Part shown: piece after piece, positions 55,974 through 64,000 of the stretch | Layout of the letters: every line of letters starts with the position of its first letter | How positions within the stretch are numbered: position 1 is the first letter of the stretch | Assembly (NCBI GenBank): GCA_942493145.1 | Contig: OW818679.1 | Coordinates: 1,103,566-1,167,565 of the forward strand | Direction: 5' to 3' | Length of the DNA stretch: 64,000 nucleotides | DNA from: an uncultured Bacillota bacterium | GTDB taxonomy: Bacteria > Bacillota > Clostridia > Acetivibrionales > DTU013 | The notes under the pieces: model-generated | The model's input: only the letters and a program-made list of their open reading frames with translations | Database searches by the model: none | Told to the model about the DNA's origin: nothing | Program-made: the position numbers and the translations under genes

Positions 55974-56867
55974 ATGAAATCTGTATCAGACGCTAAAAGC
56001 GAAGAAGCGAAAAGGGGATATCTGGAGTGTGATTTCAGACTCTTTCATCTCAAGGACCGCAAAAGCATGCAGTTTGAGTCCCACTATCATGATTTTGATA
56101 AAATAATCATTTTCATATCAGGAAATGTGACATACCTTGTTGAGGGAAAGGCATACAAGCTTTCTCCATGGGACATCCTCCTCATAGGCAGGAATGAAAT
56201 GCATAAACCTGTAATAGACCCGGAAGAGATATATGAGAGAATGGTCATATGGGTCAATCCGGAATTTCTTGATAAGCACAGTAATGAACAATGCAGACTT
56301 GAGGAATGCTTCAGGACCGCCGCAGAATCGGGATACAACCTTTTGAGGACAGGACCTGAAACTCTCAGGGACATCAAACGCCTTCTGAACAATATGAAAG
56401 ACTCCTGTAACAGCGGTGAATTCGGTAGCAGAATCCTTCAAAATTCCCTGTTCCTGCAGCTTGTAGTAAAGCTAAACAGGATATTTGCCGGAATCGACAG
56501 AGAAGAGAAGCAACCGATCGATATGGAATACGATGAGACGGTCAGGAGCATCATTGAATACATAAACAGTCATCTCGAAGAAGAGCTGTCAATCGACAGC
56601 ATCGCAGAAAAATACTTCATCAGCAGGTACTACCTGATGCATAACTTCAAGAAGCATACAGGATACTCATTGCATAACTACATATTGCAAAAGCGGCTGA
56701 TACTTGCCGGGTCACTTGTTAAAAACGGCATGCCTGCAACTGAAGCCAGCATCAGGAGCGGATTCTCCGATTATTCAAATTTTATAAGGGCATTTAAAAG
56801 GATGTACAGTCTTTCACCCAGGGAATATTGCAAAAACAGCCACAAGCAGGAAATAAGTCATTTCTGA
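55974..56867 (+). CDS. AraC family transcriptional regulator (cupin plus HTH)
   Basis: C-terminal dual HTH (..IAEKYFISRYYLMHNFKKHTGYSLHNY... GFSDYSNFIRAFKRMYSLSPREY). GGAGG lies 9 nt upstream of ATG 55974. The alternative start is 55941. Confidence 0.85.
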   Translation: MKSVSDAKSEEAKRGYLECDFRLFHLKDRKSMQFESHYHDFDKIIIFISGNVTYLVEGKAYKLSPWDILLIGRNEMHKPVIDPEEIYERMVIWVNPEFLDKHSNEQCRLEECFRTAAESGYNLLRTGPETLRDIKRLLNNMKDSCNSGEFGSRILQNSLFLQLVVKLNRIFAGIDREEKQPIDMEYDETVRSIIEYINSHLEEELSIDSIAEKYFISRYYLMHNFKKHTGYSLHNYILQKRLILAGSLVKNGMPATEASIRSGFSDYSNFIRAFKRMYSLSPREYCKNSHKQEISHF

Positions 56868-56950
56868 CAAAAAATCATCACATTTGAACATATATGCCTA
56901 GAATTACAGTCTAATATGATATAATTGTCAGGAGAAAAAGGAGAAGCCTC

Positions 56951-58042
56951 ATGATAAACAGAAAGACACCATTAATATGGACCATTCTGGTATCGATTGC
57001 AGCTGTTTCTGTTATTGCAGCCGGGTATCTGTTCAATTCATCCGTTTCCGGAGGCAGGAGTATCGAAACTGCAGTCTCTGCAGTCACAGGTGTTGAGCAG
57101 GTGATAACTCCAGAAAAAACCGTCAGGGATGATGGCTCTGCAGTACTGCAGCCACCCGCTGTTATAGAGGATGACAGTCTTACAACAGGCAGGAAATATG
57201 GCAAGGCACTGGTGGAGGAAGGTTCGAGGAATATCCTCATACTTGGAGAGGACAAGGTTTCATATCTGTATGATACCCTTGGCATCCTTAGTATTGACAG
57301 AAATGGCGAAATTATAAAAATCATAATGATCCCGAGGGATACATATGTTCAATATAACCAGAAAACAATCAATGTGCTGGCTGAAGAGGGCAAAGCTGAA
57401 GAGCCGGGCATATATAAAATCAATTATACGCACCATATCGGAACCATGATAAAATATGAAGGCAGATTTAATGGGAGCTCCATAAGCTTCCTGGCGGATG
57501 TAGTGGAAGAGAAATTCGGCGTTCATATAGACGAGTACATAAAGGTCAATCTGGCCGGTTTTAAAGGGATCATCGACATATTGGGCGGTGTGGAGATGAG
57601 TGTACCTTATGATATGAACTATGATGATCCGGTACAGGACCTGCACATACATCTGACAAAGGGCGTCCAGGTATTGGATGGTGAGGGGGCGGAAGGCTTC
57701 TCCAGGTTCAGGAAGGGCTATAAGGAAGATGGGACTTTTTTTGAAATAGGTGACGATGGAAGGAAGAACAACCAGATAAAACTGATTAAGGCTGTCATCA
57801 AGCAACATGGGACAGTCAGGAATATTAAAAAGATTCCGGACATACTTAAAACACTGGGGAAAAATGTAAAGCACAGCATAGGGCTGGGAGATGTCCTGCA
57901 GACATATATGGGCATTGCCAGGGATATCGTGACTGATGAATATAAGATAGAGAGTGAAGTGATTGAAACTGAACAAATAAGGATCAATGGCTCCGCTTAT
58001 GTGGATTTTAAGGAGAATGCCGTTTCTATAAATGATAATTGA
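56951..58042 (+). CDS. LytR-CpsA-Psr (LCP) family protein
   Basis: N-terminal TM, then NILILGED....DT..ILSID......II.IPRDTYV... and ..VNLAGFKGIIDILGGVEM.VPYDMNYDD. Confidence 0.8.
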   Translation: MINRKTPLIWTILVSIAAVSVIAAGYLFNSSVSGGRSIETAVSAVTGVEQVITPEKTVRDDGSAVLQPPAVIEDDSLTTGRKYGKALVEEGSRNILILGEDKVSYLYDTLGILSIDRNGEIIKIIMIPRDTYVQYNQKTINVLAEEGKAEEPGIYKINYTHHIGTMIKYEGRFNGSSISFLADVVEEKFGVHIDEYIKVNLAGFKGIIDILGGVEMSVPYDMNYDDPVQDLHIHLTKGVQVLDGEGAEGFSRFRKGYKEDGTFFEIGDDGRKNNQIKLIKAVIKQHGTVRNIKKIPDILKTLGKNVKHSIGLGDVLQTYMGIARDIVTDEYKIESEVIETEQIRINGSAYVDFKENAVSINDN

Positions 58043-58061
58043 GAACCTGAGGAGGTTTTTT

Positions 58062-58784
58062 ATGATAAAAATACAAAATGTATCAAAGTCATATAATAAA
58101 GGGGCGGTAAAGGCGGTTGACGACCTGAACCTTGAAGTCAAACCGGGTGAAATATTCGGCTTCCTGGGCCCAAATGGAGCAGGTAAGACGACGACGATTA
58201 AAATGATCGTTGGCCTTCTTAACCCCGACAGCGGAAAAATACTCATAAAGGGTTTTGACAATTCGACGGAGCCCCTCGATGCAAAAAGGAGTATAGGGTA
58301 TGTCCCGGACAGCCCTGCATTGTATGACCGCCTGACCGGTACTGAATATCTGAATTTCATGGCTGACGTTTACAAGGTTTCAACTGAATTGCGTAAAGAG
58401 AGGATTGAACATTATCTTGATATGTTTGAACTGAGGGATGCTGCAGGAGATCCGGTCAAGAGCTATTCACACGGCATGAAACAGAAGCTGGCGCTCACAG
58501 GTGCCCTTATACACGATCCTGCAGTCTGGATACTTGACGAACCTATGGTAGGGCTTGACCCGAAATCAGCGCACCTTCTTAAGGAACAGATGAGGGATCA
58601 TTGCAACAAGGGCAACACAGTGTTCTTTTCGACACACATACTTGAGGTTGCTGAAAAACTCTGCGACAGGATAGGTATTATACATAAGGGAAAACTGATT
58701 GCCATAGGTACGATGGATGAATTAAGGCAAGGCGACAACAGGGATTCCCTGGAAAATATATTTTTGGAGCTGACAGAACGATGA
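58062..58784 (+). CDS. ABC transporter ATP-binding protein (ABC-2 type)
   Basis: Walker A GPNGAGKTT, signature YSHGMKQKL, Walker B WILDEPMVGLD. GAGGAGG lies upstream. Confidence 0.9.
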   Translation: MIKIQNVSKSYNKGAVKAVDDLNLEVKPGEIFGFLGPNGAGKTTTIKMIVGLLNPDSGKILIKGFDNSTEPLDAKRSIGYVPDSPALYDRLTGTEYLNFMADVYKVSTELRKERIEHYLDMFELRDAAGDPVKSYSHGMKQKLALTGALIHDPAVWILDEPMVGLDPKSAHLLKEQMRDHCNKGNTVFFSTHILEVAEKLCDRIGIIHKGKLIAIGTMDELRQGDNRDSLENIFLELTER

Positions 58785-60463
58785 ATACTATGTTATCTCT
58801 GATAAAGCTACAACTGAATTCAAACTTCGGAATATCAGCATTGAAATACAAGTTCACGAAGGAGAAGAAAAAGAGGTGGGAGCCTGTTTTGATCGGACTC
58901 TCAATACTCTTTGGTGTAGGCTCGCTTCTTGTGTTGTACACACTGGGAATGACAGGTTTGTTCATAGCGGGTAAAGCCATTGGACATCCGGAAATTGTTC
59001 TTACTATAGCCTTTATGGGGGCACAGCTTTTCATACTGGTATTTGGGATGTTCTATATACTGGGCGCCTTTTATTTCTCGCGGGATCTTGAGATGCTGGT
59101 GCCGCTCCCGTTGAAGCCCTATGAGGTGATAGGAGGAAAGTTTGCTGTTGTCATGGTCAACGAATACCTGACAGTTTTCCCTATAATCCTGCCGCCTCTC
59201 CTCATTTATGGGATTGGTACGGGACAAGGCCTTTTCTACTGGGTCAAGGGACTGATACTATTATTAACGGCTCCTGCCATACCACTCATCATAGGGGCAC
59301 TTTTCATCATGCTTCTGATGCGGGTGGTGAATCTCAGGCGGAACAAGGACCTTTTTGCCATCATAGGGGGCTTTACAGGCTTGATTTTGGCACTTGGCTT
59401 TAATCTGATCTTTCAAAACGTGCCGGAGAATGCAGGAGCGGACTATTTCCAGAGCATCCTTGCAAGTCAGTATGGTTTAATTGAAGCAATCGGAAATAAA
59501 TTTCCACCTGCAATATGGGCAACCCTTGGGCTTTCCCAGGGAGGCACTTTTGGATTTGGCCAATTTCTTCTGTTTTTAGCTGTGTCGCTGCTGATGCTTG
59601 CCGCGATGCTGTGGTTGTCCAACCAGGTGTTTTATAAAGCGCTCCTTGCAGGGCAGGAGGTTTCCAGGAAAAGAAAGGTACTCAGCAACATCGATTTCAG
59701 ACGCCAGTATGATAGGGCTTCAAGCCCCGTATGGGCGATACTGGCAAGGGAGTGGAAACTTCTGATGCGATCGCCGCTGTATGTTATAAATGGAATGACC
59801 GGAGCGGTGATAGGTCCGTTCCTCGTAATAGTATTAGCCCTCACGCGGGGTAGTGACGAGGACAGCATGATGATAATGAATGCGCTGAACAATCCCGATT
59901 ATGCCGTTTATGTCACTTTAGGCGGATTAGGGCTGATGCTTTTCACTGCGGGAATGAACATAGTAGCTTCCACGGCGGTTTCCAGGGAGGGCCAGACCTT
60001 CTGGATAGCAAAAATGATACCGGTCGCAGGCCGTCAACAGGTTATTGGCAAATTCCTGCATGGCTGGCTGATATCTTTAATTGGCATAATAACTACCTGC
60101 ATAGCACTGGCCATTTTTCCCGGATTCTCCATCAGCAGGATACTTGTGATAGCCTTGCTGGCCGTTATATGTTCGATATCGATGATAGCCCTGAACCTTC
60201 TGATAGATATCATTCGTCCAAAGCTCTTCTGGAACAGTGAGCAGGAGGCTATGAAGCAGAATCTCAACGGCGGATTGGGAATGCTTGTATCGGTGATAAA
60301 CATAGTTCTGCTGGCCGCCGCTGCAATAATACCCATTATCCTGCAAATGCCCGAATGGACATCATTTTTAGCGGTCGGTATCCTTGCCGTAATCATCGAC
60401 ATCGTATCGCTGACGGCCGTATTAAAAATCGCAGATCGCAGATACAAGCAAATTGAAGTCTGA
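58781..60463 (+). CDS. Putative ABC exporter permease (large multi-TM protein coupled to the upstream ATPase)
   Basis: ATGA overlap with the ATPase gene. About 12 hydrophobic segments. No further family call. Confidence 0.65.
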   Translation: MNTMLSLIKLQLNSNFGISALKYKFTKEKKKRWEPVLIGLSILFGVGSLLVLYTLGMTGLFIAGKAIGHPEIVLTIAFMGAQLFILVFGMFYILGAFYFSRDLEMLVPLPLKPYEVIGGKFAVVMVNEYLTVFPIILPPLLIYGIGTGQGLFYWVKGLILLLTAPAIPLIIGALFIMLLMRVVNLRRNKDLFAIIGGFTGLILALGFNLIFQNVPENAGADYFQSILASQYGLIEAIGNKFPPAIWATLGLSQGGTFGFGQFLLFLAVSLLMLAAMLWLSNQVFYKALLAGQEVSRKRKVLSNIDFRRQYDRASSPVWAILAREWKLLMRSPLYVINGMTGAVIGPFLVIVLALTRGSDEDSMMIMNALNNPDYAVYVTLGGLGLMLFTAGMNIVASTAVSREGQTFWIAKMIPVAGRQQVIGKFLHGWLISLIGIITTCIALAIFPGFSISRILVIALLAVICSISMIALNLLIDIIRPKLFWNSEQEAMKQNLNGGLGMLVSVINIVLLAAAAIIPIILQMPEWTSFLAVGILAVIIDIVSLTAVLKIADRRYKQIEV

Positions 60464-60547
60464 AAGATAACAATAGAATAAGAATAGAGTAACAATAGAC
60501 TATATTCGGATATGCTGAAAATAGCAATCCAGCCAGGAGGAAAGATA

Positions 60548-61126
60548 ATGTCAAAATTAATGTGGAAACCGTCTACACTTCTGAATCCAGTGCCGCTTGT
60601 TATGGTCACCAGTGCTGATAAAGACGGAAAACCCAATATAATAACCCTTGCATGGGCAGGAACCATAAACTCGGAACCCCCTATGATATCGGTGTCGATA
60701 AGGAAAGAAAGATACTCATATAACCTCATCAAGGATAAGGGTGAATTCGCTGTGAACCTTGTAACAGAGCAGCTTGTACAGGCAGCTGACTTTTGCGGGG
60801 TGAAGTCCGGTAAGGACATGGATAAGTTCTCCACAACCGGTCTGACACCTGAGAAGGCTTCGGTAATAAGTGTTCCAGTGATAAAGGAATCTCCAGTATC
60901 ACTGGAATGTGTCGTGAAAAACATTTTAGAACTGGGATCCCACGATATGTTCATAGCAGAAGTGGTATCGGTGAATGTCGAAGAGGGTTTACTTGATCCG
61001 AACGGAAAACTGGAACTGGAAAAGGCAGGCCTGGTCTGCTATTCACATGGCAAGTACTGGTCTCTGGCAAAAAACCTGGGTTTCTTCGGTTATTCCGTTG
61101 CGAAGAAAAAGAATATAAAAAGGTAA
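60548..61126 (+). CDS. Flavin reductase family protein (FMN-binding split barrel)
   Basis: LLNPVPLVMVTS.D.DGK.NIITLAW.G...S.PP.I.VSI. AGGAGG precedes ATG 60548. Confidence 0.8.
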   Translation: MSKLMWKPSTLLNPVPLVMVTSADKDGKPNIITLAWAGTINSEPPMISVSIRKERYSYNLIKDKGEFAVNLVTEQLVQAADFCGVKSGKDMDKFSTTGLTPEKASVISVPVIKESPVSLECVVKNILELGSHDMFIAEVVSVNVEEGLLDPNGKLELEKAGLVCYSHGKYWSLAKNLGFFGYSVAKKKNIKR

Positions 61127-61133
61127 TACCGAC

Positions 61134-63209
61134 TTATGAATTGATTTCAAGAAAATAATCAAGAAGCATTGGGTCAAACTGTGTTCCGGCACAAGCTTTG
61201 AGTTCTGCCAGCGCCTCCTGCAAAGGCATGGCTTTCCTGTAAGGGCGGTCATTTACCATTGCATCGAAGGCATCGACTATGGATATGATTCTGCACTGTA
61301 TTGGAATCTGGGTACCTTTCAGTTCGTGAGGGTATCCGCCTCCATTCCACCATTCGTGATGTTTCAGGATATAGTCGGAAATATGAGTGAGCTCATGAGA
61401 GGAAAGAGCTATCTTCTGTCCTATGTTGCAGTGTCTCTGCATTTCAAGTTTTTCCTCAGATGTCAGCTTTCCGTTTTTGAATAGAAGCCTGTCAGGGATA
61501 CCTACCTTTCCGATATCATGGAACCGTGCAAGCAATACAACCTCCTCGGTTGTGTCCTTTGCCAGGCCCATACTCCGGCAGAGAGCGGCAGAATAGTGCT
61601 GCATCCTTTCGGTATGCTCCTCTGTTATATTGTCCCTGGCTTCCAGCATATTCATGAGGGTTTTGACCAGGCTGTTTCTGGAGCTTTTAATGTGAGTAAG
61701 CTTCTCCCTGGACATCCTGTCATATGCTTCCTTGTATACATCGGAAAAATCTCTGCTTTTCTCATATGAAAGGTCATATCCGATTGAAAGGCTGAGCAGG
61801 TTGTCAGGCTCTTTCCTGTTGCTTTCATCAATTTCCTTGTGTATTCTTTCAACCAGCTGTACGGTTTCATATCTGTTTGCTGACTGGATCACCATCGCAA
61901 ACTCGTCGCCACCGACCCTTGAAATCAATGTATTGGGTTTTGCAGCAGAGGACAGGATTTCAGCAGTTCTGACCAGCAGCTGGTCTCCATATGTGTGACC
62001 AAGGGTTTCATTAATGAATTTCAGCCCGTCTACGTCACAAAGCACATAGGCCAGAGGATAGGCACCATCGTATGAAAGCCTCTCTATTTCACTTTCAAAA
62101 AAGCTTCTGTTGTACAAGCCGGTAAGTGTATCATATAGAAGAAGGTATTCCATCTTCTCCTCGTTTTTCTTTCTTTCTTCGATTTCTTTTTCCAGTAGTT
62201 TAATTGAACTCATATCATGAGCTACCATAACAATATATCCTGGTTTGCCAGTATTGTTGTTGATGCTGGTGATGTTTATGCTGAAGGGGAGGGTATCACC
62301 GTTTATTGTCATGAAAGGTTGTTCGTATGTTATGTTCATCTTATCATTAAGGCAGATGCTTTTTAGTTCAGTGGGTTTCAAGTTGCTTGTGATTGCCTCC
62401 ACCGGCTTGCCAATAAGCTCATCTTCTGAAAATCCGAGGTAATCATATACGCGGTTGTTCACTTTAAGAATATTGCCCTTTATATCCATAAGGACCACGA
62501 TATCCATTGTGTTCTGCAGAACTCCGTTACTGGCCATTTGCCAGTCAGGGACAGACTTTTTGAAACTTGGTATGATACAAATAACTGCAAAACTCAACAG
62601 TATCATAAGGACAGGAGTGGTGATGAGATTGTTTGAATATCCGAAAGATGGCAGAATGTAATATGCTGCACATCCGATCAAGGCTATGGGAATGCCACTA
62701 AGGATTAGTACTCTGGCTTTTCTTGCATCCAGACCATATTGTGACTTCTCCTTCCATTTGAAGAGGACGGCAGTAGATATTGCATAAAATATTACGTGAT
62801 AACTATTCAGCAATACCATGAAGAGAATATTCTGCATTGGGTTGATTGCAAATAAAGATATCAGCAATAAGGATAATATCAGCATTATGGTTCCCGGGAG
62901 AAACATCAACCTGATTCCTGAGCTGGAATCCATACGGTTTCTGATTGATGAAACAATGAGGATAAATAAAAGGAAGAAAGCGGGGAAATAAGATATGGAA
63001 ACAAGCTGCAGACAGCTTAAAACGCTTGCAGCGATGCTCCCTGAGGACAAAAGCCTGATTCCATCGGCAGCTGCCCATATAGATAAAAGGATACTACAGA
63101 TTGACATAATTCTAGTCAACCTGTTTTTATCACGGGAAGTTATCAAAAGTAATAAATAAAAAGAGTACAGTGCTGACGCTATAAAGAAAACCAATATGCT
63201 CAGTACCAT
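61134..63209 (-). CDS. Membrane sensor - PAS - GGDEF - HD-GYP signalling protein
   Basis: About seven N-terminal TM segments, PAS, GGDEF core RVGGDEFAMV, and an HD-GYP domain (ARFHDIGK ... HHEWWNGGGYP). Start at MVLSILVFF, with GGGGAG 6 nt upstream. Confidence 0.85.
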   Translation of the reverse strand: MVLSILVFFIASALYSFYLLLLITSRDKNRLTRIMSICSILLSIWAAADGIRLLSSGSIAASVLSCLQLVSISYFPAFFLLFILIVSSIRNRMDSSSGIRLMFLPGTIMLILSLLLISLFAINPMQNILFMVLLNSYHVIFYAISTAVLFKWKEKSQYGLDARKARVLILSGIPIALIGCAAYYILPSFGYSNNLITTPVLMILLSFAVICIIPSFKKSVPDWQMASNGVLQNTMDIVVLMDIKGNILKVNNRVYDYLGFSEDELIGKPVEAITSNLKPTELKSICLNDKMNITYEQPFMTINGDTLPFSINITSINNNTGKPGYIVMVAHDMSSIKLLEKEIEERKKNEEKMEYLLLYDTLTGLYNRSFFESEIERLSYDGAYPLAYVLCDVDGLKFINETLGHTYGDQLLVRTAEILSSAAKPNTLISRVGGDEFAMVIQSANRYETVQLVERIHKEIDESNRKEPDNLLSLSIGYDLSYEKSRDFSDVYKEAYDRMSREKLTHIKSSRNSLVKTLMNMLEARDNITEEHTERMQHYSAALCRSMGLAKDTTEEVVLLARFHDIGKVGIPDRLLFKNGKLTSEEKLEMQRHCNIGQKIALSSHELTHISDYILKHHEWWNGGGYPHELKGTQIPIQCRIISIVDAFDAMVNDRPYRKAMPLQEALAELKACAGTQFDPMLLDYFLEINS

Positions 63210-63393
63210 GGCCGTCTCCCCATGGCAGTATGCAGGCATACTGCCCCTTGTCTTTTGTGTGTATATGTCGTAATTGCAAGCATTATAGCATATATACAAA
63301 TATTGTAGCATATAATGGAAGTGGTTACAATCCCATATACAATACCGAATATTACATTATTGTTACGCCACGGCTAATTGGTAAGGAAGAGTG

Positions 63394-63452
63394 TGACAGA
63401 GGGACGGAGATGAGTTTGACAGAGGGACGGGGAAGATGTCAACGTCCCTCTG
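63394..63452. repeat. Short palindromic intergenic repeat, copy 2, plus a partial direct repeat
   Basis: TGACAGAGGGACGG occurs twice (63394-63407, 63417-63430). The hairpin is CAGAGGGACG / CGTCCCTCTG (63420-63452). Related to 44176-44213. Confidence 0.6.
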
Positions 63453-63459
63453 CACACTT

Positions 63460-64000
63460 CTATACAGGTATCTTTTTTAATTTTGCAAATCTGGGAAGGC
63501 CGTTTTCATAAGGTGGTGCGGATTCACCCTGGATCAGAGGCAGGGCATAATTGATGAAATCCATAGTCATACCTGTGCCTTCAGCATTGATCCATTCAAG
63601 AGGTATCTTCTTTTCCTTGTTTGCAACGTCATTCAAATTGACAAGCTTTATGCCACAATCGTATATGGACCCCTCTTTTCTTTCGAAAGCTACCATATAA
63701 TCAGTCTTGCCTTCGATAGCATATTTGACGGCCATCCTGCCTGCCAGATATGCTTCTTCGACATCAGTCTTCGAGCCGGAGTGAGCAGCACAACGCTGCA
63801 GGAGACTGAACTCGATACCACGTACCTTTGCTCCGGTCTTATCCTTAACAATTGAAGCCAGTGTTGCGGCCAGGCCTCCCAGCTGTGAATGGCCGAAGGC
63901 ATCCTTGCTCTGAGCAAGGGTGGAACCGTATTCGGATATATATACTCCGTCCTTGTCTTTAATGCCTTCTGAGACGGCAACTATTACATTTTTGTTTTTA
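63460..64000 (-). CDS. pfp: 6-phosphofructokinase family protein, probably PPi-dependent (Pfp type); 5' part lies outside the window
   Basis: The frame stays open upstream of the listed ORF to the window edge: ..NVIVAVSEGIKDKDGVYISEYG..DAFGHSQLGGLAATLASIVKDKTGAKVRGIEFSLLQRCAAHSGSKTDVEEAYLAGRMAVKYAIEG... PPi versus ATP specificity cannot be decided from this fragment. Confidence 0.8.
   Translation of the reverse strand, partial: KNKNVIVAVSEGIKDKDGVYISEYGSTLAQSKDAFGHSQLGGLAATLASIVKDKTGAKVRGIEFSLLQRCAAHSGSKTDVEEAYLAGRMAVKYAIEGKTDYMVAFERKEGSIYDCGIKLVNLNDVANKEKKIPLEWINAEGTGMTMDFINYALPLIQGESAPPYENGLPRFAKLKKIPV

Noticed and set aside
63690-63980. 96-aa minus-strand ORF listed separately from 63460..63735, suggesting a frameshifted pfp
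   Set aside because: It is in a different frame from the PFK reading frame. The PFK frame itself is open from 63460 to the window edge, so there is no frameshift and the 96-aa ORF is a shadow.

Overview
This looks like a chromosomal segment of an anaerobic, spore-forming Firmicute (Clostridia). The order hfs-like regulators, hydCBA, then a Pfp-type phosphofructokinase resembles what I recall from Clostridium/Acetivibrio thermocellum relatives; that is an inference and has not been searched. Coding density is high on both strands. Left to right, the window holds: a heterodimeric ABC exporter pair; a DUF116 protein; a QueG-like Fe-S protein; a split ThrE-type exporter; a LysM-CAP protein; a topo IV-like type IIA topoisomerase pair; a TVP38/DedA protein; a gerA-type germinant receptor operon with a tandemly duplicated B subunit; aspartate kinase; uvrB-uvrA behind a LexA box; a DUF47 protein; and a ClpE-like Hsp100. 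An ISL3-family IS has inserted into the ClpE-like gene's terminator. After the IS come a LysR regulator and a short-form trimeric [FeFe]-hydrogenase (HydABC-1). Divergent from that hydrogenase is a four-gene redox cluster: a NuoG-N/GltD fusion, a degenerate NuoF-like protein, an FAD_binding_2 reductase and a PhlG/phloretin-hydrolase-like protein. The rest of the window holds an orphan solute-binding lipoprotein, an H2-sensing-type regulatory module with a full-length HydABC-2 operon behind a Rex-like operator, two GGDEF proteins, an EamA transporter, an AraC regulator, an LCP protein, an ABC-2 pair, a flavin reductase and the 3' part of the phosphofructokinase gene. Three items deserve the most attention. 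(1) A roughly 228-nt G+C-rich Y-shaped hairpin element occurs in two diverged copies with compensatory base-pair changes; one copy is orphan beside a 13-bp tandem array and the other is carried inside the ISL3 element downstream of the transposase. (2) The Fe-S/flavin reductase plus C-C hydrolase cluster sits next to a hydrogenase whose HydB lacks the flanking Fe-S domains. (3) ISL3 ends carry an inward-facing terminator hairpin, one of them as a solo remnant. No CRISPR array, rRNA, tRNA or recognisable defence genes were seen.
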